A stretch of 59,896 nt of DNA, counting the filler, from Dirinaria sp. TL-2023a (taxonomy: Eukaryota), in assembly GCA_051941275.1 (NCBI GenBank). It is 8 parts of 8 records of this genome, joined end to end, with 100 filler letters (N's around TTAATTAATTAA, not from the genome) between each part and the next. Parts side by side here need not be neighbours in the genome. Positions count along the whole stretch, not along the records: positions 45,081 to 52,448 come from JAVEBF010001320.1; positions 52,549 to 59,896 come from JAVEBF010001321.1; 6 more parts are not named here. One strand, written 5' to 3'. This document shows, one piece after another, positions 49,961-59,896 of the stretch. How positions within the stretch are numbered: position 1 is the stretch's first letter; the number at the start of each line of letters is the position of its first letter. Both the position numbers and the translations under genes were made by a program. The notes below the pieces were generated by a model, which was not told the DNA's origin, made no database searches, and worked only from the letters and a program-made list of their open reading frames with translations.

Positions 49961-51007
49961 CTAATGGCATATCCGTGCGAAATATTCCGCCGCAAGACCC
50001 ATTGCCATGCTTCCGCCCACGTACCAGAATCCTTGATGGAAGAACCAGGCGCAACTAGAAGGCTCTTTCAAGTCTACTTTCACCAGCATACTGCCCAACG
50101 TGACAGCGGTTCCGCCACAGGTGCCCAGGAAGTACAAATATGAAAAGCCTACCTCCGTGCCAGTCAATATGAGTAATGCTATCTGTATGGCGGCGAGACC
50201 GGCTGCAAACGCTTTTGTGTTGTCCCCAAAGCGAATAGCCATTGACTTGACTCCCGCTTTCACATCGTCTCGTATATCTTGATGGGCGTAGATTGTGTCG
50301 TAGATCACCGTCCATATGATGTTGGCCACAAAGATGCTCATTGTAGCAAGAATCAGGTCGCTGCTGATCGGATTGACTTCAAGTGCTGAGCAGCATATGA
50401 ATATGGCCCAAGCGAAGGGGAATCCCAGCACAACCTGTGGATAGTATGTAATCCGTTTCATAAGCGCGTAGCCTGCAAACGCGAAGTTCACGGCCACAAT
50501 CTGATAGGTGCAGGCTGCTGGCAATACGACAGCGAACGGGATTTGAGCCAGCAGCAAAGCGACCGTAAACACGTGCGCTTGGGTTGTCGATACGGCTCCT
50601 CGGGCAATCGGTCTGAATCGAGTTCGAGCGACTTGACGATCGAATCCTTGGTCGACGTTGTCATTCCAGGTACACGCCGCACCTCTCAATACTATGCAGA
50701 ACAGGAAAAAGATGCCGCATAGGTAGAGGAGTTGCGGAAGAGAAGGTACGCTTTGGGCTAGACAAGCGGCGTATCCCAATCCTATGAGGTAGGGGACGTA
50801 AAATGCGTAGAAGCCGGCAGGTCGGTCCAGCCGCATGAGCTCGGCGTAAGGAACCCATGAAGTCGGAAGAAGAGCGAGGAGGCCTTTCTGAGGAGGTGTA
50901 TAGACGGGGGATTCGTTTGACGGGGAATACTGCGTATTGCTTTGGTTTCCCTCGAGGTTTTTTGCCGGTGCTTCAGCTGGGCTTTGTGTGCTGCGTCTTT
51001 GATTCAT
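49961..51007 (-). CDS. UbiA-family aromatic prenyltransferase (Coq2-like, secondary-metabolism type)
   Basis: Intronless. Motifs WVPYAELMRLDRP, RGAACTWNDNVDQGFDRQVARTRFRP, KRITYYPQ and YDTIYAHQDIRDDVKAGVKS. The start is either 51007 or the upstream ATG at 51088. Confidence 0.95.
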   Translation of the reverse strand: MNQRRSTQSPAEAPAKNLEGNQSNTQYSPSNESPVYTPPQKGLLALLPTSWVPYAELMRLDRPAGFYAFYVPYLIGLGYAACLAQSVPSLPQLLYLCGIFFLFCIVLRGAACTWNDNVDQGFDRQVARTRFRPIARGAVSTTQAHVFTVALLLAQIPFAVVLPAACTYQIVAVNFAFAGYALMKRITYYPQVVLGFPFAWAIFICCSALEVNPISSDLILATMSIFVANIIWTVIYDTIYAHQDIRDDVKAGVKSMAIRFGDNTKAFAAGLAAIQIALLILTGTEVGFSYLYFLGTCGGTAVTLGSMLVKVDLKEPSSCAWFFHQGFWYVGGSMAMGLAAEYFARICH

Positions 51008-52448
51008 GATGGAAGTGACGAGACCTTTGTGCAGGCAATACGAATAGTACAGAGGAAGGAGACCTGTGCTCAGGTTGACTGGATACATAGAAGATACATG
51101 TAGGTAGGCACTTGGGACTCTGGGAGCATCACATGCGGAGCGCCAAGCCCGCGTACCGGGACATTATCAGCTTAAGGTATGGTAAGCTGATTCATTACAG
51201 CACGCATTCACAGCACGCAAAAGACGGTCCCAACCCTTCCATTTCACATGCATAAAGGAGCTAAGGTAGATACCTTCAGGAAAAAGCAAAAATTTCAGAA
51301 CTTGGGTCTCACTGCCCCACGGTTTCGACGGTATCTTACCTTATGGTACCTTAGGTAGTACTTGAACACGAAATATCACGATCAGCAAGGACTGAAACAG
51401 TTAACGTAGGGTTAACAAATCGATGGCGTGGCAGCGCTCAAAGACTGCGACCTCATAGGACGCCTTAGGTTCGGCTGTCGAGGACCGGAGTGCATTGAAG
51501 ACCGGGTTGTCCATTTCAAGGGCAAGATAAGGCTTCAAAGTGGATCGATCACCCGAAGAAATCTTTGTCTTGGGACGTGGGACGGGACAATGAAGGATTT
51601 GATGGAGACTGAACCAGATGCGGAATTCCCGGCTCCCTTAGGACTCGGAGTCCACATGTATGTGGGGACGAGAATTCGCTTCGAGTCTCACAAGCCGCCA
51701 GCAGGTAGCCATTACACGGGTCTCCAATAGTTCAATTACCTTAGTGCAACTGCATGCTTTCAGCTTCGGAAAACGCATAAGGTATCTTCGTCGGGTTGTG
51801 GCAGTTGTCATGCAACACATCAGGTTAAGTTGTACTGCGTATCAAGCACGTCATGGGGCATAAACCCGTACAGTAAGGTACTTTACTCGAAATGGATACC
51901 TAAGGTAGGACTGCCGGTTGCCATACCTAAGAGCGCGGTTACATAAGCGCTAATCGCCGCCTCGGAGTCTTCCGGAGTCTAAAGTAGCGCACCCGGAGGT
52001 GTTGTAAGGTACCTACTTCAAGTACGTCTAAGGTAGGTAACAGAAGGTAATACTACCTAGGTACCTTACCTTAGGTGGTTGCCTGAATGGAGGCGCATAC
52101 CTAAGGTACCTTAAGGCAGGAAGACGAGGTGAGTATTCTAAATTGGGCTTTGTGTAAAAACTACAATCTTGTTATGTTTCTCATACGAATTTATCTTACC
52201 TTACCCTAGGTTTTCGTACCTCAGGGTAGGCGATTTTCGCATCTAAACATCATTTCCCAGTCCACCAACATAATGGAAAGAGAATGCTTGCGTGTAAGTG
52301 TTATTCCCTCAAAACTCGTATCTTTTTAAGCTTGACCGTTTTATGCAACTGCACTAGGTCTCATGAAAAGCAGCGAAAAGGTCCGGAATAAGGAAGGCCA
52401 AGAATCTTACCTTATCTACCTGCGACGGCATTGGAATTGCCTTAGCAT

Positions 52449-52548
52449 NNNNNNNNNNNNNNNNNNNNNNNNNNNNNNNNNNNNNNNNNNNNTTAATTAA
52501 TTAANNNNNNNNNNNNNNNNNNNNNNNNNNNNNNNNNNNNNNNNNNNN
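52449..52548. other. Artificial contig linker
   Basis: N44-TTAATTAATTAA-N44. Confidence 0.99.
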
Positions 52549-53023
52549 GCAGTGCAGACACCAAAGCTCAAAAACGTACAACAACCGCTGATGCCCACAG
52601 ATGTTTCTAGGCAGTTCTTTTAAGCACTTTGAGATCTGCAATATTGTACTTGTGAAAATCCTATTGCGCGTGGAGTGGAAGCTTAGCTGGAACTTCTCGG
52701 TGTCTGCCAGCGCAAATCCGCTTGCCCAAAGCCGGTGCTTGAAGCAGGAGCTGCTGGCCGAGAGGGCCGAGAAGTGTGGTGAGTTTCGGAGGAGTATTCC
52801 CGAATCTTGGTTTGGGGGACAACCACGGCCTTGCCTCTCGCAAAGGAAGCCTTCGTTTACACTATCGAGCCTTCCACTTCACGGTAACATATTCAAACTT
52901 ATTCGCCACAAGTGCAACCGTGAAGAGCCTTGGTGCAATTGGTGCGTGTGGGCCACAGGAACCTTAATGATGGTTGTCGCCGCGGTCAGGCAGTCAGTGT
53001 TTTCTTGAACATCAGACCGTCCT

Positions 53024-54439
53024 TCATTTCTTACAGATGAACTCCTCGGCATATGCTTTGTATCGAGCGAGGAGATCTGTGCTTTCAAGGCCTCCTCGTT
53101 GTGGCGCAAAGCTATAATGAACTGCAACCGCTTTCCCAGGCATCACAATATCTAATTCAGTGGTTTAGCGGTCATCCAAGGAAGTCAGTACAGTTCACTT
53201 ACGGCGCGCAAGCTGCTCCGGAAGTGCGACAGCCAGCCAATGCTCATCGTCGAAATCCGGCGAAAAAGGGTAGTTGTCAACGATGTCATCTCCCCAGAAA
53301 GCAAGCATGTTGATGCTGAGACGCCCGTAATGATAGTCCCAGGTACCGAAATCGTACACTTTCAAGTTATCCCTCTCTAGATGGTCGAGGAAGGAGTAAT
53401 GCATTTGTGCGCCCACAGCCCAGTTCCACCATCCTGTGCTCCACGGGTCATACGATGTTGTCGTGATTGGGGTCCCATCGAGAGTGTATTCAGGAGGTAG
53501 AGGTAGCCAACGATGGCCTTCGAATGGCGGATCCATCTTCTGGCGGCGGTCGAAGATGGCAGCGTCTTGCCACAGCGGAAGCTTCGAAGCGCGCCATGAT
53601 GGTGTGTCATTCCTTGGTCGCTGAACTTGCTCAGGCAAATACGGCAGGACAGCATCCTGATGGTAATGCACCCAAGATAGCGCCGGATTGTTGATGACGT
53701 TCGCCGATATGAAGAGGTGTTCTGGATGAGCGACCTTCGCTGCGATCATTTCTTGTATGCAATCTTTACCCAGGAATACCTATAATCTGTAAACTAGCTT
53801 ACCCCACCAAGCGCTCTTGGAAGATCTTACCATGTCGTCGTCCAATTTCAAGTACATCTTGCCGCGCTCGAAGAATCTCCATGCCTCCTTATGATCGGCC
53901 TTGGGATCCTCCAGCTCAAGTTTCTTGTAGCTCTTCGATGTCGGGATTAGGCCGTCCAGCCACTCCAGGTCTTCTGGCTCGGTGGTCTTGACCACAAAAT
54001 GTACTGCGTCCAACAGGCCCCCATTCTCTTTCAGATTTGCCTGCAAAAACACATTAGCTTCTGACTACGTCGGCCAGACTTCCGCCAGGCACCAGCGCAC
54101 CTTCAGATAACAGTCCAGAATCTCCACGCGCGACTTCCTACCATAGAATATCACAGCGATGGTCTCAAACGTTTCGGGGATTTGTGGAAAGTGTATCTCC
54201 GGCCCACGATTGACGCCTAGAAGCGGATCCTCCTCTTTGGGGTCATCGTTTACTACTGGGCCACTGTTGGGAAGCGGTAAACGCTTCACGCCTGACACAT
54301 GTAGGACACCGAGGAGCAGGACTGTGGCCAAGGAGATGAAGCCGAGGTATTTGAGGATACTGATGTACGTCTGACGGTTCGACCACGGTCTCTCTGCGAG
54401 CGGCGAGTATTGCACGTTCGACCACCGCGGGAGTAACAT
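53024..54439 (-). CDS. Type II membrane protein with a DxD motif, putative GT-A glycosyltransferase-like
   Basis: Four exons. N-terminal TM helix, VIFYGRKSRVEILDCYLK|ANL, YLKLDDDM|VF, SANVINNP, RLSIN, DDEHWL and VHYSFAPQ...LLARYKAYAEEFICKK*. Confidence 0.8.
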
Positions 54440-56235
54440 CAGTCGCAGATCTGGGGTTGTCGCGTGACCTTCAGCCTTATTGATTGGTTATCAGCAAATG
54501 ATGTCGCCGTCCGTCGCCGTTTGTCGCCGCTCGAAATCTTCTCTTGATACCAATTGGCAATGAATATTGGGAGCGATGGGAAGGAGAAAACATGGTAAGA
54601 GGCATAAATGAAGGGCAAAAGATTTTATTTCCAGCACTCTTGGCAGCTGAGGCAGTGGTAGCCTTGAGGAGTAGTGTGAAGATTTGGAGCGCGAAGGATG
54701 CAGTCATTCTAGCTGGAGCCTCACCGGTTTCTTGGCTCATACCCGCCTTCCCTACCTTATCTTAGTGGGGAGGGTGTTAAACTGATAGCTGGGCGAGCTT
54801 CAGCTGGGGCTCAGCAACGGTAGGGGTTGATCTGAGACGATCCTCCTCCCGCGGTGCTCCCAGTCGCATGTCGTTCATTGGCGAAGGCGGGAACTTGTGC
54901 TTGGCAGTGTGACTGCGAGACTCAAAGATTGGGGCTGATCATGGTGGATGCATCAACACGGAAATGGATTTCTGAGACGTGGAAAGTGGAATACTCCGTA
55001 CTGCGCCTTCGGATCGTAACATGGGCTCCTGAGGCTGTCATGAACAGAGATAAGCCATGTTGACTCCCCGTTGATTGATGATGAGATACCCCTCACTGAC
55101 CCTGCTTAGCCAGTTGAAATGGACTGGTTGGCAGTTGCCAAGTGGCTCCAAAGTAGGATGAAATTTCCAGCCGCGAACGAAATTGCGATGCTCTCGGCGG
55201 CGGAGGAACGGCATCCCGGGCAAGACTCCCGGGCCGTCTTGACTCTTGGCAGCCTTAGCTAGCGAGCTCGCAAGGAGGTTTGAAGAGAATAAACCCTCTA
55301 TCGCCACCTGATCCTTATATTTTGAAATATTCATTTTTGCAATGTCGCTCAAGGATATCCCGGGCTCTGCGGAGCATGAGATTTGACCCATCCCCTCAGA
55401 TTTGGTGTCAACTCTCCTCAACTCCATTGCACGGGCTGACAGCAGAACGGCATGACATCAAATACCGCGCATCGAAGGCAGATGACCGCGCATTCGCCAC
55501 TCACTATGAGGACTTTGGCCATGTAAAGAAGTCTGGATGAGGTGGGGCTCTTGGAGTGAACCTTGATTGATGAATCGCCCAACTCTTTGAACGGGGGAGA
55601 AAACCCAAGCTTGGCAGAGCCGACCTCACGCCTCGTATTTCTGCAGATAATTTATCGAACAAGACTGCCTTTCGGTGACTTGAGCCCTATGCACACATTT
55701 AATGCTGGTCCTACTTGGTGAGAAGGGCACCAGCTCTATCGGCACTGCTTTTTGGCACATCGCATGGGCCCTTCTCATCCATGCAAACATAAACATCTCT
55801 CTCGCTAACCTGCCTGATCACAATCATCGTTTGTCATTATTATTATTATGACTTATGGCACTCAAAAGAGGAGAGCTCAAGACAGGATTCCGGGTTGACC
55901 GAATCGAGCGGAAAGAATCGCCTGTCTTGGCCTCTTCCGGGTTAGCAAAGTGATCCGCGATATATTGGTTTCCCCACAACATCACCTTCCCCACACATTC
56001 ACTTAGGGAATGGGCTGCAGGAAGTGAAGAACGTGACGAACCTCGTTTTCACAGGGATACGAGCATCCGCTGGCGTTGCTCTGCATTGGCACCTTTCACC
56101 TAAATACGAGGTGTGGCTGCCTACCCAGATATTTTTTTTTTGTCGAACTATAAAATTGAGCTGCTTTTCTCCTTCTGTTTCAAGGTCTCATTCCTTCTCC
56201 TTGTGATTCGAGATCATCCTCTAATCTCTATCAAA

Positions 56236-57258
56236 ATGCATTTCTCTCTACCATACACAGCTGCAGCTCTAGCTCTAGGTGCCACCGCATCTCCCATTAA
56301 TGAGCTCGACAGTCGTAACCTCACACCGGAGGAGTGCTCCAAAGTAGTCGTCATTGTCGATGTGCTGAAACTGCACAAAGCAACCCCCTTCTGCTCTTCT
56401 TTTCTTTCCATCAAGCCAGCCACGTCCACATCCACGGTCCTAGTGACGGCGTCCGCTTCAACCACGACAACCGCCACCATCACGTCAGGGACCGCCTCCA
56501 CCTCCATCGTCTTCAAACCCGGGAACCCACCTACTGCAAAAGCCAAAGCCCGCAGGGAACCTGAAACCATCCAAGAGCGAGCTGCGGCTGCGGCTCCGGA
56601 GCCAGTACCAAATGGAAAGACGCCGACGCCCGCTATCCCAGCCTACGCCACGACATATGCCCCCTCAGCCATCTCCAGCGCCTGCCAGTGCCTCAACATC
56701 CCGACGCCCACGACCACGGTGACGTCTTCAAGCACAACGACAGTCACAAAAACAACGACCGTCTCAAGGACAGTTTCCCCACCCGTCATCAGCTCGACCT
56801 ACTATCGTAAGTCTCTTCCTTAAACCCAAACATTATCTCGCAACCCTCTGGTTTAACCACAACGCTTATCCGAACCCTCCCTGCTTTAAAAAGCCTGCGC
56901 AACGCCCATCCCATCACTAACCCCAACCCTACCCTACGGCCTCTCGAACGGCGCCGGCGTCGGCGATAGCGAGAACTCGCTCTACGGCAGCAACACGGCG
57001 GGGGACAGCCTGGAAGGATGCTGCAACCTGTGCTTCTTCGGCGTGCCCAACTGCATCCAGGCGTTCTATTACTTCTACGAGGGGTGCGTCATCCAGCAAG
57101 CGAGTGCGCCGACGGGAACGGGGGTTGGTGTCAGCGACGTGTGTCCGCAGGGCCAGATCGCGGGGCTGACGTATAGCCGGGACGACACGGCGGACCCGCC
57201 GTTCAGGAGCACGGGGGATATTGCGGGGCCGTGTGGGGCGGTGTATGATGATTTATGA
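56236..57258 (+). CDS. Secreted Thr/Ser-rich, Cys-containing (cell-wall-like) protein
   Basis: Signal peptide, then ATPFCSSFL and AISSACQCL motifs flanking Thr-rich stretches. One intron near 56807-56892, and a C-terminal domain with the pattern CCxxC...C...C...C...C. Confidence 0.8.
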
Positions 57259-59701
57259 GAGAGGGGAAAAATTTCACGGAAAAGGCAAAATTTAGATAAT
57301 ATGAAGAGCCGAGATATTGAGTGAACGAAACGCTGGAAGGAATATGCACACATCACATCCATACTTTACACAATCACTCCTCCCATCGTGCCAAACCCCA
57401 TGAACCGAACAAAAAAAAAGAAGCGCCCTCGTTTTCTCCTACACCCGAATCCTCCTCTTTTCATCTAATACCTGAGCAAACCCCCTCTCCCCCGGAACAA
57501 CGCCCCTAGACACCCATGTTTCCAGAACATAAAACATTTCTAATCAGAAATAATCTCTCAACATCACCAACACCCATCCAAAAAAAAAAAAAAAAAAATT
57601 GTAGGTGAGATCCCTCGCGTACCGAATCACGCTCTGTTGTTCAAACTATCGTACTCTTCATCAATCGGTCCACGCGAGCCCAGGTTCGAAATTCGAATTG
57701 ATCGTGACAGAAAAAGTTAAAAAAAAAATTTTTTGGGCTGGAAAAACCCGAGTTCTTACTTGCCAGCATGTAAAACAAGAAGAAGATAAGAACTAGAAGA
57801 AGAAGGAAACGCGGGGCCGCGAGCCACATAGAACCGCCCAGCGCGCACTGCGCAGTGTTAAGTCCCAAACGTCCCGAACCAAAGCAAGGTGGTATTAATA
57901 TCTCTTACCAGATCCAAAACCCACATAAAGATAAACGAAACAAAAAAAGAAAGAAAAAGGAAAAGAAAGAAAGCAATGCACAATCCCCAAGGTTACAGAA
58001 AAGCTACCTTATACAGCCCTTCAAAAACCCGGGTAGTGTGTACGATATATACATATATATCAGTGGTTTATGAGCGAGAGGGGGTTTGGAGGGCTGGTTC
58101 AAGCTGGGACTTGTGAGGCTAAGGCGGTGTACTCGTATGCGGGGATGGAAAATGTGTCTTTTTGATTTGAAAGGGATGGGGTTTTCTGTTCGTTTTCTTG
58201 GTTGAAGGAGTTTGATCTTCAGGGTGCAGGTTAGACGAGGACTTTCGATGCAGGATTAACAGACCCCGGAGCGGGAAATTTCTGGGTCCTTAAGTGGAGG
58301 ACCGATCTCAGATTCGTGCTGTGTGTAATGAATGCCTTTGGGGTTTTGGAGCGCTGTTGCATATAAGGTATGTAATGACTGATGGAATAAGAAACCGTGG
58401 GATTTAAAAGGATGCGGGATTTGTAAGGTATGATTCTTGATTGATGAGTGCTTAACTGGTCTGTGCTTGCAAACCTAAAGATTTGATTTTCATATCCCAT
58501 GGCCGAAGCCATAAGTCGAGGTCTCGCTTCCACTGTTTCGTCAAGCGATGATCCCAATGTGCTAGCCATTTATTCACTAGCACCTTATTTTGTATTTCAA
58601 AGGAATTCGACTTTTACTATTTTTCAGCGTACATTTCCCGAAATTGAATAGATGGCCAATGCAACTCAGCGGCAGATATATTTCAGTTCGCTTGGTATGC
58701 AGGTCTAGATTTCAAGATCTTCGAAGCGTAAAATTCAAAAAGAAAATAAGTTTCAGGAGATACGTCAATTTCGAATGAAATAGATGGAACTCTGGATAGA
58801 AGACTGAGAACTTTGACACTGAAGACAAGCTCGCCATATGCGTCCTACTTGGACTGTCAACATGAGCTGCGACAAATCCAAAGCTGCTCGCCTCTCAACC
58901 GAAGCTACTAAGCATAAAATATCAAACTTAACAGGCTCTATCTCCAAATCCCCGCGCCAACTATGACTTCCAAAACAAAATCAAATATAATGAACCGAAA
59001 AGAATATCAGAAAGCGCATAGCACCGCTTTCCTAAACCAAGCTTTCATGAATCAGTTATGAGGTTCTCGCCATTGCTAACTACTCTAGAAAGACTTGTAT
59101 GCACACATGGAAGCCAATAATAGGCTTCGAATGGAGACCACGAAATGCATAAAGGGTGCTTCATAAGTATACGTGCATATTGCATCGATCTTTTTTTCTA
59201 GTAGACATGACCATGGATGTATACAAAAATTTCCTGATCGCTTATCGCTAAGGTTGCGGGTCAAACGAACCGTACTTGAAGACACCCAGATGTTGATCAG
59301 AAGATGACAGTCAAGTCGAATAATGACGTGAAATCGACGGTTATGGTTCGCTGTGATCTCGTTCGTGTTCCATCGGTTGTTTCGAACAGTGGACAAGCAA
59401 GCTCCGAGTTGTATCGGAGAGCTGCTAGGCTTTCGAAGGCTCATTCATACAGTCTACATGATCCTACCTTCAAGCAGCTGGATGTCATTAATTGGGAAGA
59501 GATGTTAGGAAGTGCCTTAGCCACAAACTTCATGACGCACAAGACTACAATAATGCAGGCAGCATGAGTAAAGACTGTACAGTAAGGTACGAAGACCGAG
59601 AGCCTCGGAAGAGGAAAGCTTTGGCTAAACCTCGGGCAGCGCCAGACCAAGCCCATCGTCATTCGCAATAACAGGATCCTTATCATTCCACTCCCAGACA
59701 C

Positions 59702-59733
59702 CACTCACTCACTCACTCACTCACTCACTCACT
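59702..59733 (+). repeat. (CACT)8 microsatellite
   Basis: Perfect tetranucleotide tract. Confidence 0.9.
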
Positions 59734-59772
59734 CAATCCAATCCCATCCAACCCAATCTCATCCTCAAAAAA

Positions 59773-59824
59773 ATGAGCACCAACGCCTCATCAAACACAG
59801 GCTCCAAAGCCCCTCTCGAGCGCG
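59773..59824 (+). CDS. Possible first exon of a gene cut by the window end
   Basis: AAAATG start context, MSTNASSNTGSKAPLER, then a GTAAGC donor. Confidence 0.35.
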
Positions 59825-59896
59825 GTAAGCGGCTCCCCGCTCCTCACCCCATCTCGTCCCCATTTCCCCCAAACCCAACCTTCCACCCCCAAACCC

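Noticed and set aside
52601..53008. 135-aa + strand ORF following an acceptor-like CAG
   Set aside because: Possibly a last exon, but no recognisable motif supports it.
54854..55800. Short ORFs between the GT-like and secreted-protein genes
   Set aside because: I could not build a stop-free spliced model, and there are no motifs.
48204..57258. A larger cluster joining the P450/UbiA pair with the glycosyltransferase-like and secreted-protein genes
   Set aside because: A contig linker at 52449-52548 separates them, so the adjacency is artificial.
58200..59700. Several short ORFs in moderately AT-rich DNA
   Set aside because: No coherent frame or family signature. It may be decayed sequence, but that cannot be supported without a search.
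1..59896. CRISPR arrays, operons, rRNA or tRNA genes
   Set aside because: None seen. The DNA is eukaryotic with spliceosomal introns and has no repeat-spacer structure.

Overview
Eukaryotic, intron-containing DNA from a filamentous ascomycete (Pezizomycotina; the exact taxon cannot be read from the sequence). The window is not one locus. It is eight contigs of 7440, 7436, 7429, 7399, 7396, 7380, 7368 and 7348 bp, sorted by decreasing length and joined by artificial 100-nt linkers (N44-TTAATTAATTAA-N44), so gene neighbourhood is only meaningful within a contig. About 20 spliced or intronless genes can be reconstructed by hand. Transport and metabolism: two MFS transporters, an amino-acid permease, a bacterial-type glutamine-synthetase-like protein, OHCU decarboxylase, cystathionine beta-lyase and a carrier-like membrane protein. 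Housekeeping: Mpp10, an SPX/VTC protein, Csm1/Pcs1, Msp1, a derlin, Ytp1, CipC and an ADF-H-domain protein. Accessory: an Mx-like dynamin, a convergent P450 + UbiA prenyltransferase pair, two putative glycosyltransferase-like proteins and a secreted Cys/Thr-rich protein. The best leads are (1) a candidate ncRNA in an unusually long derlin intron, (2) the P450/UbiA secondary-metabolite pair, (3) a four-copy 21-bp bipartite CCAAT element upstream of an MFS gene, and (4) AT-rich relic DNA that lacks CC dinucleotides while keeping CpG and CpA, suggesting a non-canonical RIP-like process. None of these is a demonstrated new system. All family calls are from motif recognition, not database searches.
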